From: a virus | Taxonomy: Duplodnaviria; Caudoviricetes | DNA: 64,000 nt | Strand: one strand, 5' to 3' | IMG/VR virus record: IMGVR_UViG_3300031853_000035 | Coordinates: 2,575-66,574 of that record | Shown here: positions 16,880-25,307 of the stretch, piece after piece | Numbering within the stretch: the stretch's first letter is position 1 | Layout of the letters: each line of letters starts with the position of its first letter | The notes under the pieces: generated by a model | The model's database searches: none | What the model was told of the DNA's origin: nothing | Seen by the model: only the letters and a program-made list of their open reading frames with translations | Position numbers and translations under genes: made by a program

Positions 16880-17581
16880 ATGATTGAAATTACAAATGTT
16901 GATGTTCAGGGTTTTGAACCAGCAATTCGCGGCATGAGAAACCCGCTTAATTCTTGGGAGAAGAGTGACTCCGTGTTTTACGATCAGTGGTCTGGCGAAT
17001 ACCATGATATTTGCGGCAATAGCGGACCGTATGACTCTGATCGAGTCTCTGCCAGCTACGAGCTTGGCGAGAACGACCTCACGCTCATGAAAAAACTAGC
17101 GGCAGCAGGAAGAGAGCACTCCAAGTACAGACGTATGATCGCAGTATGGATGGATATTAAGGCACCTCTTTACTGGTGGAAGGAGTTTGACACGTATAAG
17201 GTTGGCACGGTATCGGACTCTTGCTCAACAATGCATAAAATTGCTGCTAAGGAGTTTGAGCTAGAGGATTTTAGTCACGAGCATCTGTTAAACGACGATG
17301 CACGCGGTTCCTTGACATTTCTTGATTACACGTGTGACGTGCTCAACTATTATCGAAGCGTCTACATTGAAACCAAAAACAAAAAATATTGGTGGCAGTT
17401 AATCCAGCTGCTACCTTCCTCTTACAATCAGAAGAGAACAATTATGCTAAGCTATGAGGTCCTGGCTAAGATCTACCACGAGAGAAAGAATCATAAACTC
17501 GATGAGTGGCGTGAGTTTTGCGAATGGATTAAGACACTGCCGTACGCAAAGGAACTTATTGTTTGCGAGGAGGAGACATGA
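16880..17581 (+). CDS. ThyX-like (flavin-dependent thymidylate synthase-like) protein
   Basis: AIRGMRNPLNSW...HSKYRRMI...APLYWWKEFDTYKVG...SCSTMHKI...LLPSSYNQKRT. Confidence 0.6.
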   Translation: MIEITNVDVQGFEPAIRGMRNPLNSWEKSDSVFYDQWSGEYHDICGNSGPYDSDRVSASYELGENDLTLMKKLAAAGREHSKYRRMIAVWMDIKAPLYWWKEFDTYKVGTVSDSCSTMHKIAAKEFELEDFSHEHLLNDDARGSLTFLDYTCDVLNYYRSVYIETKNKKYWWQLIQLLPSSYNQKRTIMLSYEVLAKIYHERKNHKLDEWREFCEWIKTLPYAKELIVCEEET

Positions 17582-17784
17582 TGTCTATTGAAGAATTTAT
17601 ATTTGGATTTGGGCTTCTCATTATTGCGGCTATTGTATACGTATTTTTCACGCTTGGCGTATCGGCCATTGCTTCATTTGCTGATTCGGAAGACCCTGTG
17701 TTTTGGGGGGTTGCGTGGGTTTTAGGACTTTTGCTGTTTATTACAGCGGTAGGGTACGGCGCTCATAAGTCCGGGCTACTTTGA
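17578..17784 (+). CDS. Small two-helix membrane protein
   Basis: Hydrophobic segments; GAGGAG RBS. Confidence 0.7.
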   Translation: MMSIEEFIFGFGLLIIAAIVYVFFTLGVSAIASFADSEDPVFWGVAWVLGLLLFITAVGYGAHKSGLL

Positions 17785-17797
17785 AAGGAGGAGATTT

Positions 17798-18190
17798 ATG
17801 AAAAAGATTAGAAACCTGTTGCTGGCGTTGTTTATTTTTGGAATTCCGGCTCTTTATCTGACCGGATGCACTGAATCTGAAAAAGTCAGTGCCAACATCG
17901 CAAAAGAAGCTGATAATTTTAATGTGTACAGAAGAGTCGTCATTATTAACACAAGAACCGATAAGATCGAATTTGAGGTTATCGGTAAAATGAGCGTCAA
18001 TGTAGGAAGCAATAGACTCGACTGCATCATTGAAGAGAACGGAAAATATTACAAACACATAATAAACTTAACGAGTAATAACATGTACGTAATTGAGGAT
18101 CTTGGTGGATCAGAAGTTAACAAATACAAGTACGAGATCAATTATATTCCGCAGTCAATCATACCGGTTACTGTTACAACAAGCGATTAA
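17798..18190 (+). CDS. Lipoprotein
   Basis: Signal peptide with lipobox LTGC. Confidence 0.75.
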   Translation: MKKIRNLLLALFIFGIPALYLTGCTESEKVSANIAKEADNFNVYRRVVIINTRTDKIEFEVIGKMSVNVGSNRLDCIIEENGKYYKHIINLTSNNMYVIEDLGGSEVNKYKYEINYIPQSIIPVTVTTSD

Positions 18191-18208
18191 AAGAGGAAAG
18201 GAGAACCG

Positions 18209-18472
18209 ATGGTTTCAGATAATCAAATACAAGTGTGGCAGGACGGAAGCAAAGAGAGCGGTTATGTGCTGAAAGTTCAATCAAGATATCTTGACGATCC
18301 TGTGTTTACGCTAGAGCAAGAAAGAGCCATACACGAAATAGTACGGAGTTTTTTGCTTGTGAATAGGCAAACAGAACGCAGAAGACGTTATGTAGAGAAG
18401 AAAAAGAAAGAAAGGAGAACAGATGATAGAAGATTTGAAGAAAATAGAGAGGTAACGGATCATAATGCGTAA
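18209..18472 (+). CDS. 87-aa hypothetical protein
   Basis: AAAGGAG RBS. Confidence 0.6.
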   Translation: MVSDNQIQVWQDGSKESGYVLKVQSRYLDDPVFTLEQERAIHEIVRSFLLVNRQTERRRRYVEKKKKERRTDDRRFEENREVTDHNA

Positions 18473-18905
18473 GTGGATATTTGGCTGTGAAAACTTTTGT
18501 AACTGTTTTTGCGGAAGGCCCAAAAACAGTGAATTTGTATGGTGCCCTGATATGAAAACTTGTGAAGAGCTAAATATTTGTGCCATATCAATGGACCCCG
18601 AGCGTCCGGATAGCAAGGATCTTATAAATAGGATTCTTAAGACTATAGAGGAGTGGCGTAGTGAATGCATAAATGTAGGCGACGAACTGGCTCCGGATGG
18701 TGATATTTTCAGCGATGATGCTTTCGTTGTTACAAATACGGATGGCGAGAGTATTTATGGTATAACAAAAAGTGGGATGATGCGCGTCATATCTCGCGTG
18801 TATATTTCTTTGGAGTCCTATAAGAAGACAGGCCGACATTTTGATGAGGTTGAAGAGTTTCTTAAAAAGATAAAGACTTCTTCCGAGAAAGGATATCGCA
18901 ATTAA
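18465..18905 (+). CDS. 146-aa Cys-containing hypothetical protein
   Basis: GAGGT RBS; overlapping arrangement. Confidence 0.55.
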   Translation: MRKWIFGCENFCNCFCGRPKNSEFVWCPDMKTCEELNICAISMDPERPDSKDLINRILKTIEEWRSECINVGDELAPDGDIFSDDAFVVTNTDGESIYGITKSGMMRVISRVYISLESYKKTGRHFDEVEEFLKKIKTSSEKGYRN

Positions 18906-18920
18906 ATCAGATGCTTTAAT
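18896..18920 (+). promoter_or_regulatory. Phage-specific promoter motif, copy 12
   Basis: TCGCA attaaatCAgatgc TTTAAT. Confidence 0.7.
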
Positions 18921-18958
18921 GAAGAATGATATATTTCATTAAAGAAAGGAGATTTACG

Positions 18959-19321
18959 ATGAATAACGAAGAGAAAACGATTCCTATGTGGAAACTGAAA
19001 CTCCAGTGTAAGGCAAAACTTGCAAAGGAAAAGGTTAAGGAAGCTGGAAGTAAGGCATGCAAAGTCATGATCGAGCATCCTGTCGAAGCTGCTTCAATCG
19101 TAACCGGCGTATTCGGAATTGCCAAACTTGGCATCAAAGAAAAACGCAGGAGAGATGAGAAGCGAGTGATTGACTGCAGGGTGTACGACAGACGGTCGGA
19201 CACTTACTCCTGGGCTAAAAGACCTTTAAAGCCTGCAGAGAAGCTTGAAATGGAGAGAAGGTACCGCAACGGAGAACTGAAAAGTGAAGTTTTAAAGGAT
19301 CTTGGAATTTTAAAATATTGA
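18959..19321 (+). CDS. 120-aa hypothetical protein
   Basis: AGAAAGGAG RBS, ATG at 18959. Confidence 0.75.
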   Translation: MNNEEKTIPMWKLKLQCKAKLAKEKVKEAGSKACKVMIEHPVEAASIVTGVFGIAKLGIKEKRRRDEKRVIDCRVYDRRSDTYSWAKRPLKPAEKLEMERRYRNGELKSEVLKDLGILKY

Positions 19322-19328
19322 TTTCGGT

Positions 19329-19371
19329 GACCTCATGTAGTTCGAAAGGATTACATGGGGTCGTTGTTTTT
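19329..19371 (+). terminator. Terminator-like hairpin with a TTCGAAAG loop
   Basis: gacctcatgtag-ttcgaaag-gattacatggggtc. Confidence 0.65.
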
Positions 19372-19382
19372 GGGAGTGGGTA

Positions 19383-19583
19383 ATGATGATAAGCAATGTA
19401 CCGTGTCCTTGCGAAGGGTGCACAAAAAGAAACGTTGGATGCCATGGCTCTTGCGAAGAGTATAAGGATTTTCAAGGGGAGCTTGAGCGGATCAGAGACA
19501 ACATCTACGCCGAGCATAAGCATGATAGATATTTTAAGGCTGCGATTATGAGATCTGTTAAGCGAGGTGGCAGTAATAAATGA
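19383..19583 (+). CDS. Small Cys-rich protein
   Basis: PCPCEGCTKRNVGCHGSCEEY. Confidence 0.7.
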   Translation: MMISNVPCPCEGCTKRNVGCHGSCEEYKDFQGELERIRDNIYAEHKHDRYFKAAIMRSVKRGGSNK

Positions 19584-19810
19584 ATAGCAAAAGCATAGAC
19601 TTATATCTTAGAGACATTTGCAATGATCAGATTGCTTTGCAGATCGTTGAAACTCTTGGCACAGATTTTGACTACGATAATGAGCCAGTTGTGACGATCA
19701 ATTTTGATATTTCAGAAAAGGAGGAACCGGCCATTGAATTTGAGGATCAACCGTCAGTTGATGGGAAAAGTATTTACTGGGCTATCCCTCATAGGGGTTG
19801 GCGTAAGTAA
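19580..19810 (+). CDS. 76-aa hypothetical protein
   Basis: GAGGTGG RBS; overlapping stop/start. Confidence 0.5.
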   Translation: MNSKSIDLYLRDICNDQIALQIVETLGTDFDYDNEPVVTINFDISEKEEPAIEFEDQPSVDGKSIYWAIPHRGWRK

Positions 19811-20495
19811 TGTTATCACGGCTAGAAGAACGCTTAAGTATCAGGAGATACTAAATGGATATTCTGGAAATCACGTTAAGGCTGCTGTAAAAACTTATTA
19901 TCCGTCGTTTATCGCGGTTGGGCTTACATGTGGATCAATACTGCTGGCAGAGGGAATTAATCTTAAAGAGATTGCCGCAGTTACTGGCGTTGTTACATAT
20001 CTTACAAGTCAGCGGGATAGAACAATGGACGCTATAGAAAAATTTGGCGGAGAGGAACTGCGCGAAAAGGTTGAAACCGCCGTTCCAAAAGATCAAAAGA
20101 TGGAAGCGGAAATTCGTTATATTTGCAAGGCCGGTCCTTCAGTTGAAGAGACCGGAAGAGGAGATCTACTTTGCTACGATGCATATGCTGGCAGATGGTT
20201 TAGAAGCTGCGAGACGGCTGTTAACAAAGCCATAAAAGATCTTAACGACAAGTTTGCTAGGGGAGAGTATTTGTCGCTTAATGATTTTCATGAGCTTCTC
20301 GGACTTGAGCTTACACACTTTGGGCATACTTTCGGATGGGCAGCAAATCCGGACTATTATGATTGCCCGATCGAGTTTGATGTAACAATACTTGACGAGT
20401 ACAAATCCAAAAATCCGAAAGGGCAGCTTGAGACACTTGATGAGCCTGTGCTTATCATCGATTACCTTGTTTACCCAATGGAATGCTATATGTAG
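19734..20495 (+). CDS. DUF6353-like protein (paralog 1)
   Basis: AGGAGG + TTG at 19734; N-terminal hydrophobic helix; YLSLNDFHELLGL...FGW. Confidence 0.7.
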   Translation: MNLRINRQLMGKVFTGLSLIGVGVSNVITARRTLKYQEILNGYSGNHVKAAVKTYYPSFIAVGLTCGSILLAEGINLKEIAAVTGVVTYLTSQRDRTMDAIEKFGGEELREKVETAVPKDQKMEAEIRYICKAGPSVEETGRGDLLCYDAYAGRWFRSCETAVNKAIKDLNDKFARGEYLSLNDFHELLGLELTHFGHTFGWAANPDYYDCPIEFDVTILDEYKSKNPKGQLETLDEPVLIIDYLVYPMECYM

Positions 20496-20502
20496 GTGTG
20501 AG

Positions 20503-20694
20503 ATGGATAACAAAGAGCTGCTTGAAGCGATCATAGCAGATATTGAAAACGTTTATGTTGAAATTCCTGGATCACTTGGTATGAGCGTTAAGGAGCTTCA
20601 GGGATGGATGAACGGATATGCTGTTTGCCATGCGACCATTCTTGAGCTTCTTAAGAGAAGGGAGGAGAGTTTGCGTGACCCGATTTATAACTAG
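20503..20694 (+). CDS. 63-aa hypothetical protein
   Basis: AGGTG RBS, ATG at 20503. Confidence 0.6.
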   Translation: MDNKELLEAIIADIENVYVEIPGSLGMSVKELQGWMNGYAVCHATILELLKRREESLRDPIYN

Positions 20695-20796
20695 CGCGTT
20701 ACTACTTATATTTTTGGTTTCGACTTGTTGTTTGGACTCGGATACCGGATGGATCTGGGTCTTTTTTATTTGGATTATCTCCGGAGGTTTATCTGT

Positions 20797-20985
20797 ATGG
20801 CACTTTACAAGTACGATGGCCCAGTTACAAGCTTTGGAAGGGTCATTGCCGAGCGTTGGAGCGGGAAAACGCAGGCTACTTCGTATGCCAAAGCCAAAAA
20901 CAACCTGATATTTCAGTTTAAAAGATCAAATAAGCTGCTTCCAAGTTCTAGAATAGAGCTTCCTGGCTCATTTAGCATCATCTAA
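20797..20985 (+). CDS. 62-aa hypothetical protein
   Basis: GGAGGT RBS; MALYKYDGPVTSFG...AKNNLIFQFK. Confidence 0.7.
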   Translation: MALYKYDGPVTSFGRVIAERWSGKTQATSYAKAKNNLIFQFKRSNKLLPSSRIELPGSFSII

Positions 20986-20986
20986 T

Positions 20987-21011
20987 TCGCAAATATTTCT
21001 AGCCTTATAGT
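20987..21011 (+). promoter_or_regulatory. Phage-specific promoter motif, copy 13
   Basis: TCGCA aatatttCTagcct TATAGT. Confidence 0.7.
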
Positions 21012-21049
21012 GAAACTAAAGTATAAATAATTAATAAGGAGATACAACT

Positions 21050-21271
21050 ATGAAGGCAAAAGCAACACTTATTGCACCCGTTAACTATGACGAGATGGTA
21101 AGAGTAAAGCACTTTCTTATTAGCCGAAACAAATCGTTTAGAACGATTCATGTTCCGGTAAGTGAAGAAGAGTCGCTTCCTCTTATCATGACGGACATGG
21201 ATATTTTGGAGAAAGTTGTGTTTAGACTTACATTTAAGACAAAATCCGAACGAATTAGTGTATTTGGTTGA
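21050..21271 (+). CDS. 73-aa hypothetical protein
   Basis: AAGGAG RBS; lies between a promoter and a terminator. Confidence 0.75.
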   Translation: MKAKATLIAPVNYDEMVRVKHFLISRNKSFRTIHVPVSEEESLPLIMTDMDILEKVVFRLTFKTKSERISVFG

Positions 21272-21275
21272 TGAA

Positions 21276-21310
21276 AAAGACCTCGGGAAAATTTCTCGGG
21301 GTCATTTTTT
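21276..21310 (+). terminator. Intrinsic terminator, 28-mer identical to 14637..14664
   Basis: aaagacctcgggaaaatttctcggggtc + T-tract. Confidence 0.8.
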
Positions 21311-21333
21311 CGCAACTTTTGAAAGGAGATACT

Positions 21334-21540
21334 ATGGCACATGAAATATTATACGCTGACGGTGCTAAGGTTCCGTGCAGTGACCCAACCATTGAAATTC
21401 CAGTAAAACAATACTGCGATGCCATTATGGCTATTCAAAAGCTTGATGATATTCGTAGAGTCTGCTGGTGCGGCGGTGCAAGCAACAGTCCATCGTCTAT
21501 ATTAGAGGCCGTTAGAGCAATCGTTAAGAGAGAATCCTAA
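21334..21540 (+). CDS. 68-aa hypothetical protein
   Basis: GAAAGGAG RBS, ATG at 21334. Confidence 0.65.
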   Translation: MAHEILYADGAKVPCSDPTIEIPVKQYCDAIMAIQKLDDIRRVCWCGGASNSPSSILEAVRAIVKRES

Positions 21541-21546
21541 CAAAAT

Positions 21547-21571
21547 TCGCAGAAAAAACAACCGCTATAAT
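21547..21571 (+). promoter_or_regulatory. Phage-specific promoter motif, copy 14
   Basis: TCGCA gaaaaaaCAaccgc TATAAT. Confidence 0.8.
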
Positions 21572-21641
21572 AGAGAACCAGATTTCGTATTGATTTCTAG
21601 TTCTTTTTATTTTTGTAGGCTTTCAAGAAAGGAGATCAAAA

Positions 21642-22406
21642 ATGAAAGCGAACTTTATTAAAGCAATTGGCAAGAGTATCGTAAAGCACGAGCGGATCAT
21701 TCTGACAGGACTTACAATCGTGGCAGAAGGCGTCGCACTCTACCAGGCCATCAAACAGGGACCAAAATTTAAAGAGGTTAAGGAAAAAGTAGAGGCACAG
21801 GAAATCACAAAGAAGGACGCGGCAAAGGAGCTGGCGATCCCTGCTGCTAAAATTGGAGTTCCGTTCCTGGTATCTGCCGGATCAGCGGTTTTAAACCACA
21901 AGAAGGCGTCTGATACGATTGCGTCTCTTGCGAACCTGTACACAATTACAAGAACCGTATCAGATGAGTACAAATCGCAGGTTGAAAAGGAAGTTGACGC
22001 GGAAACGTTAAATAAGATTAACGAGGCTACTGGTCAGGCGATGGTGGATCGCACCGTAAAGTTTGGATCGGCAGCTAGGGTCTATCATACCGGTCATGGT
22101 GATACGAAATTCTATGATAAATTCTCAGATCGATACTTCTATAGCGACGCAAACTACCTGCAGAGCGTTGTAAACGACTTTAACGAGAGGCTTAATGACT
22201 CGAAAGAATACTCTGAGAACAATCCGGTGCTGCTTAGCGAATTATATTCCGAGTGGGGTCTTCCCTACGTTGATACGTTCGAGCATTTCATGTGGGATCA
22301 TGATACAGGACTCATCAGAATGGAGATTACCCCGGCAAAAGGCGATGACAACCAGTTCTACGGAGTCATAGGCTTTAAGAGAGAGCCTAGAGTGATCCGT
22401 TGGTAA
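21642..22406 (+). CDS. DUF6353-like protein (paralog 2)
   Basis: ILTGLTIVAEGVALYQAIK...LLSELYSEWGL. Confidence 0.75.
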   Translation: MKANFIKAIGKSIVKHERIILTGLTIVAEGVALYQAIKQGPKFKEVKEKVEAQEITKKDAAKELAIPAAKIGVPFLVSAGSAVLNHKKASDTIASLANLYTITRTVSDEYKSQVEKEVDAETLNKINEATGQAMVDRTVKFGSAARVYHTGHGDTKFYDKFSDRYFYSDANYLQSVVNDFNERLNDSKEYSENNPVLLSELYSEWGLPYVDTFEHFMWDHDTGLIRMEITPAKGDDNQFYGVIGFKREPRVIRW

Positions 22407-22415
22407 GGAGAGATT

Positions 22416-22583
22416 ATGGATATTTCGAAAATGGAAGTAATGTTTGGCGATTACTGCAAGAAATGCAAGCATTTTGCTAAGGACGGGGCCGAGGAGCCTT
22501 GCAATGAATGTCTTGAAACGTGGTACAGGGACGGAACCAGAGTCCCTGTAAAATACGAATCGCAGAAAAATCAGGCAGTATAA
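22416..22583 (+). CDS. 55-aa Cys-rich protein
   Basis: YCKKCKHF...PCNECL; AAGGAG RBS; its stop codon lies inside the TATAAT of the next promoter. Confidence 0.7.
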   Translation: MDISKMEVMFGDYCKKCKHFAKDGAEEPCNECLETWYRDGTRVPVKYESQKNQAV

Positions 22584-22584
22584 T
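22560..22584 (+). promoter_or_regulatory. Phage-specific promoter motif, copy 15
   Basis: TCGCA gaaaaatCAggcag TATAAT. Confidence 0.8.
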
Positions 22585-22623
22585 GAAACAATTAATTGCC
22601 AAACAAAGTAAAGGAGAATAATT

Positions 22624-22947
22624 ATGGCAAACGAAGTGAAGAAAAACGAAGCAAATGTAGCTGAAATGGATAAAGATCAGGAGATGCCTGCAAAGGAAAC
22701 ATTTCTTGGAAAAGTTGGAAAGGCTATTGGACACGGACTTGGAAAGGCCGGAAAGGTAATCGTAAAAGGCGGAAAGTATGTTCTCAAGGGAGCAACTTAT
22801 GCCGGAGTGGCGACCGTTACGACCGTCGGAGTTCTGAAACTGATGAGTCCGAAGGACAAGTACCACGAGATCCCGATGCAGAAGGATCCTCAGATTGATC
22901 CCTCGGCTGCTTGTGACGCAACACCGTTTGACGATGACGCTCAGTAA
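22624..22947 (+). CDS. 107-aa hypothetical protein
   Basis: AAAGGAG RBS. Confidence 0.75.
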   Translation: MANEVKKNEANVAEMDKDQEMPAKETFLGKVGKAIGHGLGKAGKVIVKGGKYVLKGATYAGVATVTTVGVLKLMSPKDKYHEIPMQKDPQIDPSAACDATPFDDDAQ

Positions 22948-22970
22948 CTTAAGGTAAGTTTCATGATTAT

Positions 22971-23012
22971 GCCCTGTGCAGTTCGAAAGAATTGCATGGG
23001 GTTTTTATTTTT
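22971..23012 (+). terminator. Terminator-like hairpin with a TTCGAAAG loop
   Basis: gccctgtgcag-ttcgaaag-aattgcatggggt + T-tract. Confidence 0.7.
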
Positions 23013-23026
23013 GAAAGGAGAAATGT

Positions 23027-23635
23027 ATGAATGATGCGGTTCAAAACGAAATCGATCGGATAGCAGGATCGGATACGCAGACGAGAGTTCCGATGAAAAA
23101 AGTACAGGGCGAACGTGTCACAAAAACAGCAGCCAGAAAAGCTCTGGAAACATTCTTCGAAATGGATATCGATGACGTAAAAAAAGATCTTAAGCGTGAC
23201 GCAAAAAGGAAACTGCTTTCCATGCTCGGAGAAATGTTAAATTCCGCCATTGACAGGATATTTAGGCAGCGAGGAGGCGTACCATCTAACGGATACGGAC
23301 CAAATGTCAAAACGATCGATCAGCCATCATACAGGAACTATTCAACAAGCAGTAAACCTGCTCAGTCACAGCAGACAAAAAGCAATAAATGGTCATTCTC
23401 AGATCTTATGTGGGTTAAACGTAGCAGTGCTCAGGATCTGCTTGACGGAATGTATCAGGCTATCGTCGATAACGGATCTGTAACGGTTGCAGAAGTTTAC
23501 GATGCAATTGATGATCCTTCTTCTCTGGAAGCAACTGATAGCTTCTTTGGATGGAAAGACTTGTCAGGAGCGTACATAAAGGAAGAAAACGGTCTTTATA
23601 GACTCTATCTGCCAACACCGATTTCACTTAAATAA
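23027..23635 (+). CDS. 202-aa hypothetical protein
   Basis: GAAAGGAG RBS; SVTVAEVYDAI...FGWKDL C-terminal motif. Confidence 0.75.
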   Translation: MNDAVQNEIDRIAGSDTQTRVPMKKVQGERVTKTAARKALETFFEMDIDDVKKDLKRDAKRKLLSMLGEMLNSAIDRIFRQRGGVPSNGYGPNVKTIDQPSYRNYSTSSKPAQSQQTKSNKWSFSDLMWVKRSSAQDLLDGMYQAIVDNGSVTVAEVYDAIDDPSSLEATDSFFGWKDLSGAYIKEENGLYRLYLPTPISLK

Positions 23636-23660
23636 AAGATATTTGAAAGGAGATACTTAT

Positions 23661-24188
23661 ATGGTAAGCAAAACTCTCATTGCTGCAGCTTTAGGACTGT
23701 CTGGACTGGTTACCAGCATCGTAGGGATTATTGTCGCCGCTTCTGCAAACAAAAAGATGAAAGCTATCGCCAAAACGGTGAACCACACCGTTGATGAGCT
23801 TTCGAATGCGGATTTCAAAATTGATATTTCCCAGGATTTTGTTGAGTGTGCGGCAAAGGCCAGGGTCGAGCGTGACATTGATCAGATGCTTCCCGGTGTT
23901 AAAAAGGATGCGATAAAGAGCGCGACAAATGTGTTCAATGCCGCAGTGAATACAGAAATTAACGAGCAGTATAATGATACCAAGACGGCCGTTAAGGCAG
24001 CGCTTATCGAAAGGATCGGTAAGCTTGATATTTCAAGAATCCGCAGAGAAGTGGAGGCAGACGTGAAATACGAAGCTAAAGCAGAGCTTAAGGCAGATCT
24101 TAAGAACGTGATCGAGCAGCAGACAGCTCAAATCAGAGACATTAATGATATTTACAAGTCGATCAAAGCCGGAATTCAGGGCAACTAA
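23661..24188 (+). CDS. Membrane-anchored coiled-coil protein
   Basis: N-terminal hydrophobic helix; ATG at 23661. Confidence 0.75.
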   Translation: MVSKTLIAAALGLSGLVTSIVGIIVAASANKKMKAIAKTVNHTVDELSNADFKIDISQDFVECAAKARVERDIDQMLPGVKKDAIKSATNVFNAAVNTEINEQYNDTKTAVKAALIERIGKLDISRIRREVEADVKYEAKAELKADLKNVIEQQTAQIRDINDIYKSIKAGIQGN

Positions 24189-24204
24189 AGAAAGGAGATA
24201 GGTT

Positions 24205-25167
24205 ATGAGTAAATTTGCAATCGTTGAAAAAGCTGGTGTGCTTGCTAGCAAACTTAAATTCAAAGCAATCGACAAAGCGCCGGAGCTGTATTTTGTAGGA
24301 GGCGTTGCTTTCCTGTTTGGGACGATAGCTCTTACTTACAAAAAGACGCTTAAGTTCCAGGAAATCATGGAAGAACATAACAGAATGCTTGAAGATCAGC
24401 AGGAAATTGCCGATAAGGTCAACGCAGGCATAATTAAAGAAAACTACAGCGTAGAAGCTCAGAAGGCTGATAGGCGCGGCATTTATATCAAGACCGCTAT
24501 CAAAACAGCTAAAAACTGGGCACCTGTTGTACTTACTGGTGTAACGTCGATCCTGATGTTCGGCAAGAGCTTTGGCATTCTTAAGGGAAGATATTTCTCA
24601 GCAGCAAGTATGGCAGCGTCATTAATGGCTGAGAACAAGCAGCTTAAGGAACGGATTAAAGAAGAGTTCGGCGACGACGGTGTCGAGAAAGTAACAAGAC
24701 CTAAAACCGAGACCGTTGTTGATCCGGAAACTGGAGAGTTTGAGAAAGTACCTGTTGATAAGGATTACAAGACCGAGCTTCGTTGGCCATACCAGCGGTT
24801 CTTCGACGAGAGTAATCCTAACTGGACAAAGAGCAACGAGAACAATAAGTTCTGGCTGCGAGCTAGAGAAAAGTGGGCGAATAAGAAACTTCAGGAACGT
24901 GGTTTCCTGTTCTTAAACGAAGTATACGATATGCTTGAGCTCCCGGAATGTGAATGGGCAGAAGGCGGTCAGATCTACGGATGGGTATACTATAAAAATC
25001 CGGAAGTAGCGGAGGCAATGGGCGCGGACAATAAGGTAAGCTTCGGCCTTTTGGATTCGAAGACTTTTGTAAACGGTGTTGAGCCTTCGATACTTCTTAA
25101 TTTTAATATTGATCCGTATCCGATCGTCGGCCGGGCAGGCTTTAGAGGCAGGGAAAGAATGGCATGA
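24205..25167 (+). CDS. DUF6353-like protein (paralog 3)
   Basis: KAPELYFVGGVAFLFG...FLFLNEVYDMLEL...GQIYGW...ILLNFNID. Confidence 0.8.
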   Translation: MSKFAIVEKAGVLASKLKFKAIDKAPELYFVGGVAFLFGTIALTYKKTLKFQEIMEEHNRMLEDQQEIADKVNAGIIKENYSVEAQKADRRGIYIKTAIKTAKNWAPVVLTGVTSILMFGKSFGILKGRYFSAASMAASLMAENKQLKERIKEEFGDDGVEKVTRPKTETVVDPETGEFEKVPVDKDYKTELRWPYQRFFDESNPNWTKSNENNKFWLRAREKWANKKLQERGFLFLNEVYDMLELPECEWAEGGQIYGWVYYKNPEVAEAMGADNKVSFGLLDSKTFVNGVEPSILLNFNIDPYPIVGRAGFRGRERMA

Positions 25168-25298
25168 TATTAACATTGTTTACAATAATAGTAGCATGCA
25201 TCGCTATTAAAGTGGTGCTTGCTGTTTTTGGCTTTATATTTGGGCTTGCGGTTGTAGCGTTAGTGCTTATGGTGGCCTTATTTGCACTGTTCTTATAA
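25164..25298 (+). CDS. 44-aa almost entirely hydrophobic peptide
   Basis: MILTLFTIIVACIAIKVVLAVFGFIFGLAVVALVLMVALFALFL; ATGA overlap with the upstream stop. Confidence 0.6.
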   Translation: MILTLFTIIVACIAIKVVLAVFGFIFGLAVVALVLMVALFALFL

Positions 25299-25307
25299 GG
25301 AGAGAAT

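Noticed and set aside
20671-20908. Membrane-protein ORF overlapping 20797..20985
   Set aside because: Has a plausible RBS but overlaps a better-supported gene by more than 100 nt; cannot be supported without homologs
21310-21334. Seventeenth TCGCA promoter
   Set aside because: TCGCA is present but lacks the CA at spacer positions 8-9 and any TATAAT-like box at 14 nt
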